From positions 314,219-378,218 of the forward strand of contig NW_018408855.1 of the NCBI RefSeq assembly GCF_002113885.1: a stretch of 64,000 nucleotides of DNA, read 5' to 3'. Source of the stretch: Mizuhopecten yessoensis. Lineage: Eukaryota. Below are positions 39,150-51,520 of this stretch, piece after piece; within the stretch, counting starts at the first letter, position 1; each line of letters begins with the position of its first letter. Made by a program: the position numbers and the translations under genes. The notes under the pieces are model-generated. The model searched no databases and had not been told where the DNA came from. It saw only the letters and a program-made list of their open reading frames with translations.

Positions 39150-40100
39150 TACTGTAGACGACGCTCCGGAAGCTGACTACCTTTCCGACTCAGGAGATTA
39201 GTTTTACCGCGCCAGTGCAATTGCAGGTTGTCAAGTGATATGATTGCCTGACAATCAATTATCTCACACACTGCGGGCTGGCCTGCCTGTATCGCTATAT
39301 ATTTCCCTTTGGTGATTGTGAATAATGGCTAATAGTTCCACTGAGGGTAAGAACTCGTCTGTTTGATGATCACGAGTTAGATTTAAATGTATAAGCAAAT
39401 GTAGCTTTTCGACTGAGACCGTATGTTCCCCACTTAAAACCGTGTGTGATACTTGTTTTTTGTAACAATCACTGGTACTATCGTAATACTTTTGAGGAAA
39501 CTCTTATCAAAATGATAAAATTACAACCTTATAGAGCAATATTGTACATAATCCTTTAATATTTTTTTCAGCAAATATTATAGTGGTAACAAATGGCCTT
39601 GTACTCACTAATTTCCGATCATGCGTGTTGGCAAGCATGTGTTCGACTTCCGACGTTTCAAGGCAAACATGTGTTTGACCTTTACTCTGGGTCTTCATCT
39701 TGTTGATAGACTTTCATGACACACCCTTTAATGACATGTTTGCGTGTCTCTGTCTAACGTTATGTTGGTCATGTTTGTATGCCACATCTGGTATGGAAAA
39801 ATGGTGCAACCAGAGAGAGACCTGTTGGCTGTTTCCACTGTTCATTAAAACAGGATATGCAATATGAAAGTTATGTTCTGCAGGGTGTGACCTGCGGCTT
39901 CTCGATTGGGTCATTATGTGTATAAAGGAGATCGCTGCAACTGATGCTTGACACTTGGGAATCGGACTCAGTGCAGTGTTTGTATTGTATATACATTATT
40001 CAGAATTCCCTGTCAACATAAATCATTGCAGTGCATTACTGTACCGGCATGTCATCTGCACATGCAACATCCAAGGGAAGTCAATCATACCCGCACGAGC
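39150..40100 (-). pseudogene. Decayed RING plus TRAF-type zinc-finger gene (RNF41/RNF151/TRAF-like architecture)
   Basis: In order on the minus strand: DPIEKPQVTPC / EHNF / CISCF (about 39912-39845, RING-like with frameshifts), KHVIKGCVMKV (39741-39709) and PAVCEIIDCQAIISLDNLQLH (about 39277-39215). Confidence 0.4.
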
Positions 40101-40419
40101 TATAAATTATAGATACTGCACTGACTGGTGTCTGACAAGAAGACACTGAAGGTGATGCTCGTGTCTGCTTTAGTGAGGATTGACATCTTCAGATTTCTGT
40201 ATTTCAATAAATATCAATGTAATTCACGGTTCACTTAAGCTGTAAATACCTAATCCATTGCCTATTAAAAGGAATTTTAAGTTTATATACTAGAACAGTG
40301 AGATGTGTCAGTGAAGGATGGCCGAGTCATATTAGGGTGTGCCTATATGGGAAACTGTCTTTATCAGTCTTTTTATCAATACAGCCCAGTCCATTAAACA
40401 TACATGTACGTTTGAGTTT

Positions 40420-41750
40420 AATGTCTCAGTATTGCAGTTTAGAAGTCTCCCAGTATTCAGTTGCGCAAACGTCCCAAAGTGCGCGGTAGAGCAGAAGTCC
40501 CCGAGAGTACGGAGGTACATATATTTGTATAACAGTTCCCGATAGTTCAAGTACAAATGTAACAGTCCTCGTGAGTCCATAAATGCAGTAGTCTTTGCGA
40601 GCTCGGAATCTAGGAGTTCTCGAGAACTGTAGCAGTTTCCATGAGCTTTAAAAGTGCGGCATCTGGGAGACGCGACATTCCGAAAAAACTTGGAGGTGTG
40701 ACAGTCCTGCAAACTGCTGAAGAACTATTCAGTGTTTCTATAAAATTCGATTGAATTTATCAATATTAGAGAGTGTAGAAGTCCCTGGGAGTTCAATAGA
40801 ATTGTAGTCTATAAGAGTTCGGAGGTGCAGTAGTTTCCCAGAATTAAGTAGTGTAGCATTCTCCGAGATGTCGGAAATGTTGTCTTCGAGAGCTAAGCAA
40901 TTTAGGATACTTGAATAACGAAAAAATGAAGCACTATCTACGCGTCCTGTTTTGTAACTGCAGAAAGTCAAACACCGAGAGCTCGGAAGTATGGTAGTCC
41001 CCGATAGCTCGGAAGTGTGGCAGTCCCTGAGACCTCGAAAGTGTGGTAGTCCCCGAGAGCTCGGAAATGTGGTTGTCCCCGATAGTTCGGAGGTGTGGTA
41101 CATTGTAGTCCCTGAGGGCTCAGAAGTGCGGCAGTCCCCGAGAGCACGGAAGTGTGGCAGTCCCCGAGAGCTCGGAAGTGTGGCAGTCCCCGAGAGCTCG
41201 GAAGTGTGGTAGTCCCCGAGAGCTCGGAAGTGTGGTACATTGTAGTCCCTGAGGGCTAAGAAGTGCGGCAGTCCCCGAGGTCACGGAAGTATGGCAGTCC
41301 CCGAGAGCTCGGTAGTGTGGCAGTCCCCGATAGCTCGGAAGTGTGGCAGTCCCCGAGAGCTCGGAAGTGTGGCAGTCCCCGAGAGCACAGAAGTGTGGCA
41401 GTCCCTGAGAGCTTGGAAATGTGGCAGTCCCCGAGAGCATGGAAGTGTGGTAGTCCCCGAGAGCTCGGAAGTGTGGTAGTCCCTGAGAGCTCGGAAGTGT
41501 GGTAGTTCCTGAGAGCTCGGAAGTGCGGTAGTCCCGAGAGCTCGGAAGTGTGATAGTTCCTGAGAGCTCGGAAGTGTGGCAGTCCCCGAAAGCTCGGAAG
41601 TGTGGCAGTCCCTGCCAGCTCGGAAGTGTGGTAATCCCTGAGAGTACAAAGGTGCAGAAGTCCCTCAATAATTCGGAATTTCAGGAGCCATTGGTTGGTC
41701 AGAAACGTAGCTCTCCCCGAGATCTCCAAAATATAGTCTTCCCCGACAAG
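40420..41750. repeat. 26-bp minisatellite (GAGAGCTCGGAAGTGTGGCAGTCCCC); homogeneous core 40975-41665 with degenerate flanks
   Basis: Visible tandem array. It explains all ORFs between 40332 and 41795. Confidence 0.96.
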
Positions 41751-43048
41751 ATCTTGTGTCTTTTTGAATTTGTTATCTTACATATATATAATTAACATAC
41801 ATGATCATGAAATAATTCCAGCAAAGTTAGTTCAGAAATAATCATTTTTCATGAGATTACATGTAGCTTGACACCTTGTACAGAATCCTGGAGTACAAGG
41901 TGATTCTGGATGTCTAAGAGATGAAAACAGCAGTAATGTATTTATCAAAATAATGTTTTGAATAGGTTTTTTTTGTTTTTTTTGAGATTCTGTTCATTTT
42001 CTTCTTCGTTATAAAAACATCGGGACAAAATTGAAATTTTAATCTGAAATCGTACACTAAAGACAATTTAAGATGGTATGTATTAACAGTATCCGGCATT
42101 GAATATTCTAATCAACCGGGCCTGAAACACTGTACTATTGTGCATTCGAAATGTCGAATTTCAAATATGTGAAAAGCACTGTTGGGATTTTGGATAAACA
42201 GCAAATACTCATTTAGACAGAACGTCAAATCCCTTCCAAAATGTACATAGTTTAGTGGATTTGACAGACGAAAAAATGGTTGATGCATCATCACTCAGGA
42301 CTCTATTGAACTATTGAACATTTCGGTATATATTGTTGTTTCTTTGCTTCCTTTTGTTGGCTTCTTGAACCATGAGATCGGGTATGGTCCTTGTGTGCTG
42401 ATGACATGGCGCTTTCACTTATCATAAATATTATAGGAGATGCAGACAATGTTTTTGCGACGTTCCTATCGTATTTCTATCTAAATTGTTCAAGTTCGGA
42501 TATTTTAGAGTTACTCTTATACATATGACATAAGTCGTTAGGCCTTTTTTTTACTCACTTTTTTATATCCCTTTGCCGTCAATTATTAATCTCACAGTAT
42601 GGTATTTTTCCGTTGTTTGTTGTGTAATAAAACCGGACGTGTTGTCCGTCTGCTGGAGGGGGAAATGCATCTGTTTTAATTGCATGTCACAGTGACGAGT
42701 TTATCGGCCCCTCCAGGCTAACCTGCCTTGCATCGTTTTTAATGCCCAGTACAGATGAGCTGACACAACAATAGCTGTTCGCTCGTTCGTAGACACATCA
42801 ATCACAAATACAATACAATGTATAAGCTACTGATACTGTACCAAATGGCAGTGCACGGGTAATAATGCGACGAACACAACTTGCGGACATATATTCAGAA
42901 AAAACATAAGTAACAAAATAATACAGCTACTGTAGTATTTGACACACTTTGTGTTCTCCATTTTTACATATAGTGAGGTTATCCTTCGTGATGCAGTTTA
43001 TCTCTATGAGCGTCAATATATGCCGTTAGGTACAGAATTAACAAATAA

Positions 43049-43696
43049 ATATTTACATTTGCATGGCATTGTCACTATATAGCCTCTTTGAAAGCTGTGT
43101 CGTTGATGGGACTTTAGTTACCTTGCAGCACGAGACACAATTCTTAGCGTATTAATACAACACTGACCGGAACTACAATTTCCAATATAAATAAACATGA
43201 CGGCTGCCGAAATATCGCTGGGCATTGTGAGATTTGGCAATGTCATTGTAAATTAATGTGCAAAATAAAAAATAAAATAAAAAACACTTTTATTACATCG
43301 AAAACAAGACCAAGGTCTGCAATATCGTACAAAATGCACATCGGTTGAAATAACCAATGCCGGCAATGGAAACAATTTTAACACTCATGCAATTTATCAG
43401 AAATATCGTCTGTTACACTGCACTGATCAACAGGGGTTCGTTACAAATGTCTGAAATACACATATTGTATAGACCTACTGACACATATGTTACAGACCTA
43501 CTGATATGAGTCACAGCACACATAAACACTTCAGACAAGTGTAACGAACCTGTGCTCTGTCGCAAGATCACTCACTTCAAACGCTATCAGTTTCACGCGT
43601 CTCGCATCCACGGTTCCTCAGTTTCTGACGACACATAACGAGGCTGTTATAGAATCTACTGACTGTCAGCTTCCCATACAATCAACAAATAAATTC
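43049..43696 (+). repeat. Left arm of a long inverted duplication (partner 49005-49633)
   Basis: Collinear reverse-complement similarity, e.g. aagaccaaggtctgcaatatcgtacaaaa / ttttgtacgatattgcagaccttggtctt and caatgccggcaatggaaacaattttaacactcatgcaatttatcagaaatatcgt. A second block pairs 44174-44234 with 48922-48982. Confidence 0.92.
43431..43552. mobile_element. Short MITE (CAGGGGTTCGTTACA...TGTAACGAACC), second copy at 49157-49276
   Basis: TIRs are visible in both copies, at the equivalent position of each inverted arm. Confidence 0.7.
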
Positions 43697-44404
43697 ACGC
43701 CTGGATTCTTCACAAAATGAGCAAAGAGAAAAGATCGAATTAACTTCCAAAAATAACTCTCTCGTGGAGGGCAAGGTCGAATTTACGGTGTTCACTGTAT
43801 TTGTACATGCGCGAAATATGTTCAGGGGAAAAATCGAAACAATTTCAAATCTAACTTTCAGCTCAGATAAACTTTCAGTTGATAAACTGAAATCACCCTA
43901 TAGACATATCATACGCAATTGTATTGATACTGAATTGTGGAATAAAATTGAAGTGTTTGTTAAAATTTCAAAGTACTACTTTGTTTGCCAATCAGCACGC
44001 GCCAATACGCTGTTCAAACTATTGAACGAAATTGTGTGGACTGTCGATAAGGCGGGCATTTTTAATTTTAAATATAAATTTATAAGTTAAAAAAGAACAT
44101 AAGAGGCAGAAAAAACGTAAATATAAGTATTGGACTGTTGTTTTTGTATGGTATTTATGATCTATTTTATGCATGCTTGCAAAGCTGTGTCAATCCAATA
44201 GATCATAGATAACATACAAAAACAGTTCAATGCTGAAGTAGTGACAACTGCGAACAAAAGTAATGTCAATGTTAAGATGTACTTGAAAGTACAAACCAAG
44301 ACTGTCAAATATAGAAGCATCCCTTTTCACATGCGGTACACTCAGAGGGTGGAACAAGTGCGGAAAACTAAGAGTGATGAACGAGTGTTAAACGTCCAGA
44401 GGAA

Positions 44405-44552
44405 AACACGAATGTCAAATACTCACTGAGCTAACAAATGTGAAACATTTGGAGGAAAAAACTAATGTCCAACACTCACTGAGCCAACAAATGTGAAAAC
44501 ATTGGGAGGAAAGAACAAATGGCCAACACTCACTGAGCTAACAAATGTGAAA
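44405..44552. repeat. ~54-bp tandem repeat, about 2.7 copies
   Basis: ACTCACTGAGC(T/C)AACAAATGTGAAA at about 44421, 44474 and 44528. Confidence 0.9.
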
Positions 44553-44624
44553 TATCTACTATATATATATATAAACTTTTTTTTGACTAAAACTGTATGT
44601 TTGATTATTGTTCCGAAAAAAAGA

Positions 44625-45268
44625 ATTGAATGTAGAACGCCGAGCGGGTACATTGAATGTAGAACGCCGAGCGGGTACATTGAATGTTGAACGCCTAGCG
44701 GGTTACATTGAATGTGGAACGCCTAGCGGGGTACATTGAATGTGGAACGCCTTGCTGGGTACATTTAATGTGGAACGCCTAGCGGATTACATTGAATGTG
44801 GAACGCCTAGCGGAGTACATTGAATGTGGAACGCCCGGCGGGTACATTGAATGTGGAACGCCTATCGGAGTACATTGAATGTGGAACGCCCGGCGGGTAC
44901 ATTGAATGTGGAACGCCTATCGGAGTACATTGAATGTGGAACGCCGAGCGGGTACATTGAATGTGGAACGCCTAGCAGGGTACATTGAATGTGGAACGCC
45001 TTGCTGGGTACCTTTCATGTGGATCGCCTAGCGGATTACATGGAATGTGGAACGCCTAGCGGAGTACATTGAATGTGGAACGCCTAGCGGGGTACATTGA
45101 ATGTGGAACGCCTTGCTGGGTACATTTCATGTGGAACGCCTAGCGGATTACATGGAATGTGGAACGCCTAGCGGAGTACATTGAATGTGGAACGCCTGGC
45201 GGGTACATTGAATGTGGAACGCCTAGCGGGTACATTGAATGTGGAACGCCTAGCGGGGTACATTGAAT
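44625..45268. repeat. 28/29-bp minisatellite (ACATTGAATGTGGAACGCCTAGCGGGGT), about 22 copies
   Basis: Visible tandem array with recurring variant units. Confidence 0.97.
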
Positions 45269-47074
45269 AGAAAGCGGTTTTAAAAATAGGTTGTTGGCGT
45301 GAACCAGTTGATCGTTTATCCTGACAGAATGTCATTTTGAAATTAAACCAGCTTTATTGATTAAAACACGTATTACTTAAAAGGATATTTGTAATCATCT
45401 TGTTTGAATGGTTCAGGTATTTGTCACCAGTAGATAGATACAACCATGATAATCTACTGATGTATAAATATCAAACTATATTTATGACAAGTACATTTTT
45501 ACAGATGCATAGTTGTTGTCCGTAAATACTAATGCTACACTTTGTATACGAATATGTTAATGTCAAAACTGATATACGAAGTTTAAATGTCAATGTTGGT
45601 ATACAGCATAAGGGAGTTTAAATGTCGATATTGATAAAAGGAAATGCTTATTCTCGGTGTTCGTTTACAATCAACGGAAGACAGATTAGCGTTTATGGTT
45701 GAAGACATGTTGATTTTGGTAAACGGAAATTATCATTGCTGGTGTATGAATGTGTTAGTGTCTTTATTGGTCTACAGAAATGGAGTGTTGATATTTATGG
45801 TAATGTTTGTATATACAAGGAACTAAAAACGTCGATGAGTAAACATGGTTGCGGTGAGAAACGTTCTAGTCTGAGATTACATCACAATACTGCCAAGTCG
45901 AAAACCGCAGCATCTCTTCCTAAATTGATAACATGCACAATTTTAAGGGAATTACATTCTGATATTTATTGCACATTTAATGGCTTTGTCCTTTGATATG
46001 GAAGGCACTTAACCTCACAGAACGAGTAACTTATAGCAGTAGGAGAAATATAACAGACGTAATGATAGGCTTTTAGTAGTGCAAGTATTTAGCCAAAATC
46101 CCATAAATTAACGCCCTGTCCGATGTGATTATTTCCACCTGAAGGTTGTGACGTAGCATACGATGCACTTGATGAACTGTGGAAAACTTATCAAACTAAC
46201 ATGTTTTAGCACAGTATACCGCAATACGAAAACACGATTTTTTATACGTTTAACGTCGATGTGTATTACTGTGATGTGTTGGCTTTAAAAAGTAAACGCT
46301 AGGGTGCAGGTATATAGTTCTACCATATGTCTTATTCTAAATACGTCGTCATCGATTTTTAAAACTTTTCCCGGAAACAAAAATCTGCTGCTATTTAAAA
46401 AGGTTTAATGCAGAAAGAGGGGATAGCTTTCCATCATTGCCTGTTGACTGTCAGCACACTACTACCCCAAACCGCGGGGGACCGGTACCGCGGCCCAATT
46501 ATTTCTTCCGCTTTTAATTTTGTTTTTAAAACAGGCCAAAGCATTCATCATTGTTACAAAAAATACAAACTCCAGGAAATCAAATGTTAACGCAATGTTT
46601 TAGAATGTAGAAAATCTCTCACGACACAGTTTCAAACTATGTTGAGACATTTGGGAAGGGGGAAAAACACGGAAAATATAAACAAGGATTAAAATCGCTA
46701 TCCTGAATGTAATTGATTTATCGCGCACTCCTTTAACGACGATTCCTGAGCTGCTCGTAAAAACTGTTCAGCTGGATAATGTATGAACTGAATAAAAGAA
46801 AACTTGGAGTTCCGGAGAATGTGTTTTTAGCACAAGACAAGGCAGGTATATTGAACGTTTTGTCATCTAGGTATCCGTTACACTAAACAGATAAACCTTA
46901 ATTAAAATCAAGTTCAGATGTAATCTAATTTGAAGGAATTCGTATATGATTTTATAATATGTGGATTTTTTTCCTAGCATTCTTGTTTTTCCTAACAAAT
47001 TAGTATTAAACAAATTCTGTAACTCTTTTAAGCCCCCACCCCCAGATGCAGATGGTAAACTTTACACTTTTCAC

Positions 47075-47329
47075 CATATTAACATCAATGCTCACCCTTC
47101 TTACGATGTTAACATGTCTCAGGTGAACATATTAACATCAATGCTCACCATTCTTACGATGTTAATATGTCTCAGGTGAACATATTAACATCAATGCTCA
47201 CCATTTTTACGATGTAAACATGTCTCAGGTGATCATATTAACATCAATGCTCACCATTCTTACGATGTAAACATGTCTCAGGTGAACATATTAACATCAA
47301 TGCTCACCCTTCTTACGATGTTAACATGT
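47075..47329. repeat. 53-bp minisatellite, about 4.8 copies
   Basis: Unit CATATTAACATCAATGCTCACCCTTCTTACGATGTTAACATGTCTCAGGTGAA, with an internal IR TTAACATC/GATGTTAA. Confidence 0.96.
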
Positions 47330-49004
47330 ATTGGGGGATTCGGCATTCAATAGCATGGTTGTCCACTGTTAACGGATAAACTACCAGTTCAAGATTTCGT
47401 AAAATAAACAGCAAAAATAAAAACAAACAAAACATATTCCAGGTTGATGCAGGTTATGTACAGGTTTTATGATTAACATAAGTATCTCAATGGATTTTTT
47501 TTTTGTTTCCTTGTATGATGTAAAGGTCGATTTCCTTTTTCATGTCCATTAGTGTGATTTGTAGTTTCGTTTTCACTTCCCCGGCTCCTGCTATGAAGAG
47601 GTTACATTGTTGGTGTTGTTGATGAAGCAGACCACGGTTATCTTTCCACAACACCTGGTCTTATAGTCCTTGTGCTTCTTCAAGGTTTATAAAGTAAATA
47701 CCCCCTTATGATTTTTAGATCAAAATGCAGTTTTGTTGACGCTTCATTATTCTGTTGTTGTTGGTTTTTAAGGAAAATATAATGTACAAGTTTGGTAAGT
47801 GTTACAAACACGCCATCAGGAGGATTTTTTACAAACGTGAAGTAATTATTCTTAAATTACACATTTCGTTCCTATTCTGTTGCTGCGTTTATGGAATCTT
47901 CATTATGTATTTTTATAAAACGAACAGATGAATTAATTCATCGACTATAATTTGTTTGATCCCAATTTCAAGTCCTGTTTCATTGTCTTTTTAATTAACA
48001 CCATTTAGAAAAATGAAAATACAATACAGTTTAATTACTATTCAGTGTTAAATCCCACTCAAACACCTAATGTATTTTGAACACTGCTTGAATGTCTGCT
48101 ATAAGGATGATGCTATCATCGTACATCAGTAAGATTAGTTTGAAATGTAATTATTTTTCTAGATGTGGCTATTTTCCCCCGTTAGAACATTTCACAATCA
48201 CCCTTATACAATAAAAATACACTACAATGGTGGTGGAGGAGTACCCCTGGTTTAATCTGTTATAACAATGAAATAAATGTATTACAATGTAGGTGCCAAT
48301 CCTATTTCACACATCACTTTAGGTTCAAATACATATACTCTTTCGTTTCTTGAGGGTTCTACATGTTTAATAAGTGTATAAGAGAATTGATGACAACAGT
48401 AGACAATTATATGTTCTAAATTGAGTGTCGGTTGTTATGGGTGAGAAATCGTGCTAAAATTGCTTTATTCGAAACACGATTTCTTACCACTGCACGATTT
48501 CTCATCCGGGTGAGAAATCGTTTAAGGAGGATGCATATTTCCTGTTGTCATGGGAACGACCACTACGTAGTAATCTACGTACTACACATGTCCCTACAAA
48601 TCAAGTTTCACGTTTATACGTTGTCTGGGTACACATCTATTGATGCAAACACATTTTATAATACTTCAATTTAGAAAAAATCGTTGTTGGGGACAATTAT
48701 TATTTTAATGTACTACGTATAACAAGTCACACTTCATTCTCTGTTTTGATTTGATTCATTTCATTTCTCTGGCTTATTGAAAATATGCCTATTTTAATGA
48801 AACTATGTAAGCTAAGGTTCGTAATAAAAAAATATATATAAGTGTCTCCTATTCAGTTACCTTTAAGACTTCGCTTTGGCGAAAGACTGTGCGGAACACT
48901 TCTGCATTAATTACATTTGTTAGCACTGAACTGTTTCTGTATGGTATTTATGATCTTTTTGAATAACACAGCTTTGCAAGCAAACAACATAATGCGGAAA
49001 GTCC

Positions 49005-49633
49005 GAATTTGTGAAGGATTGTATGGGAACCTGACTACAGTCGGTAGATTCTACAACAGCCTCGTTGTTTGACATGTCGTCAGAAACTTAGAAAACCGTG
49101 GCTGATAGACGCGTGATACTGATAGCGTTTGACATGAGTGATATTGCGACAGAACACAGGGGTTCGTTATAAATGCCTGAAATACACATATGCCTTGTGT
49201 ATGTTTATGTGTATTGTAACTCATATCAATAGGTCTATAACGTATGTGTATTTGAGACATTTGTAACGAACCCCTATGGATCAGTGCAGTGTAACAAACG
49301 ATATTTCTGATAAATTGCATGAGTGTTAAAATTGTTTCCATTGCCGGCATTGTTTTTTTCAACCGATGTGCTTTTTGTACGATATTGCAGACCTTGGTCT
49401 TGTTTTGATGTAATAAAAGCTTTTTTAATATATTTTTTTTCTTTTACACAATTACAATAACATTGTCATGTCTCACAATATCCAGCGATATTTCAGCAGA
49501 CGTCATGTTTGTTTACAATGGATTTATATTGTAGTTCCGGTCGGTGCTGTATTAAAACGCTAAGAATTATATCTCGTGGTGCATGGTATTTAAAGTCCCA
49601 TCAATAGTGACAATGTCATGCAAATGTAAATAT
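49005..49633 (-). repeat. Right arm of the long inverted duplication (partner 43049-43696)
   Basis: Reverse-complement match to 43049-43696. The outer ends match (atatttacatttgcatg.cattgtcactat). Confidence 0.92.
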
Positions 49634-50244
49634 ATTGATGTACACCTGGATACCTCGTTTGACGTTAATTCCATAAGTGCAAGTGGAGTTCAACAAAACA
49701 AGAAAACTATCAGGGGAAATATTGCGTTTTGTGGTACCTCACTGAATGCCTGTGTAATCAGGTTTGTATTTTAAAAAATGTAAACAAATACCTATACAAT
49801 GTAAATTCACGCATGCTCTTATATGTAAAAACACACGAACAAACGTGAACGCTCACACGCGCGAAAATTAATAAAGGAATAATATTTAAGAGCCATTTTT
49901 TACTTTGTCTCCGTTTTTTTTTTTTTTTTTTTTTTTTTTATTTAAGCAGTAAGCCGTCATTGAACAGAACAAAGAGGAAAACGCAGTCATCAATACCTTT
50001 TATATGTCCCACTCTGTAAACAAGCCTCGGTTAGAAACTCGAATTATGATGTTGCAAACTAAACAATTTTGAATGTTTCAAAGTGCTACAATCCTATTGT
50101 TTTCCCAAAGTTTTTAGCACTTGTATTATCTTTGATATGGGGAAAACAATATTTCTGACGGATTGCAGCACGGTAATTTTAAGTGAATACATTTCAAAGG
50201 AGTAGACTTTACTGGCTGTCCCGTTGATACTGAGAAAAAGACAG

Positions 50245-50460
50245 AGTACGATTGGCTAACTCACTCGCCTTCACCATGTCCGCCGGGGTTCAATTCCTCG
50301 ATCGGAACTGATAAAGTATGGGTCATCTACCCGACTACGTATGTTTTCTCCGGATGCTCAACTATCCTTTCGTGGGAAGATTCCCTGTGCGCTCTTATCC
50401 GAGTCATTAAGAGTGATTTTAAACATTAGAGAAAAAGTTTGTTTCATTGTTGTAAAATAA
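50245..50460 (+). mobile_element. tRNA-derived SINE remnant
   Basis: A-box-like tggctaact, then ctcgccttcacc, B-box GGTTCAATTCC near 50287 and tgttttctccggatgctc, which resembles the V/core-domain GGTTTTCTCCGGGTACTC motif. Confidence 0.6.
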
Positions 50461-51019
50461 AAACGATAAAACACCAGACGATACCCCAATTGAGATATAG
50501 AGCTGGGGTGAGTTATGTCGGATGAGAAAACATGTCACCTATGCCGTAATGTTTGCAAGATTTCACACCCGGTGAGAAATCGTGCAAACATATGGGCATA
50601 GGTGACACATGTCGGGGTTGAGAAATCGTGCCGTAACAGCCGGTTATCTTAAAATATTTTCTCTATAACTCTACGGGACTTTTATTAAGAAAGATTAAAC
50701 TCTTACCGGAGGAATGCCTCGGTAATTTTTCAAATACTTTACACCTATTTCTTTACGGCTTTATATTTTCGATTGTTTAACAAACCATGATATTGACCTG
50801 AACCGAATACACAGTTAAATAACTTAACCAGGCTTAGTAACAATGTCACTTTACTTATTACAAAGCATACACTTAAAACATTGTCGGTGCCCGATGATTT
50901 GCTTAGAGTTTTCGATGCTGCGATAAGTCCTTTTTCTCGAATTTCCTTAGTTAATTATGTAACAGATAGTTTAAAATATCCCCGTTAACGCTTTGTTCCT
51001 ACGCCGCCAGCCGTGAAAA

Positions 51020-51520
51020 GTGATTAAAGACATAGTTTCCCGTTGGTGTAATTAAGACACAATCAACATATGGGTTTTGTTGTGGCGGACTCGGACACAG
51101 TTCTTGACCGTTTTAGTCTCTGTTATTATTCGAAACACGCATTGTATTGGACATACTGCAAATTCTACCGATCCGCATTTGAAAATATACCGTGTAAGAA
51201 TCCCCCGAATTGTGTTTTTGTTCCGTAATATTGATCAACCAATTGTACCAAATCGCACACCTGTGTGGACAGAAACGCACAACAGATAGGACAATTCTTG
51301 AACCGCACTATTGAACGTATTTTGTGCGGACGAAGTATGGACAATGTGATCATAATAAAAGCACGATGTACTAACACTATTTTTGGTGCATTCTGTGGTC
51401 ACATAACTGTACTAGTCTACAAAGCCGTCAATGAGCGTGATAATTTGTATTTTTCGGACGTGATATTTCCCTATCTGTACAGTAACATCCCTTTCCCCAA
51501 AATATGGTGTTAACCTGTCT
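51020..51520 (-). pseudogene. Decayed exon with WSC-domain-like cysteine pattern
   Basis: A ~150-codon minus frame with 2 internal stops contains SCFYYD, FKCGS..CP..C and TKTVKNCVRV, followed in a shifted frame by NGKLCL (compare WSC GCY.D, MT.E.C...C, NG.EC.C). Confidence 0.3.

Larger units (their letters stand above)
48432..50639. mobile_element. Putative non-autonomous TIR element (Ginger-like TGT...ACA ends) with cargo
   Basis: Left end tcgg|TTGTTATGG and right end CCGTAACAG|ccgg give a near-identical 4-bp TSD. Subterminal GAGAAATCGTG/CACGATTTCTC motifs cluster at 48440-48522 and 50557-50632. Confidence 0.6.

Noticed and set aside
40332-41795. Multiple 60-180 aa ORFs on both strands
   Set aside because: They are translations of the 26-bp minisatellite in all frames.
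44625-45268. CRISPR-like array (also considered for 13532-14122, 40975-41665 and 47075-47329)
   Set aside because: Units are head-to-tail with homologous variable parts, there are no unique spacers or cas genes, and the context is eukaryotic.
50245-50310. tRNA gene
   Set aside because: A B-box is present but there is no cloverleaf, and the downstream sequence is SINE-like.
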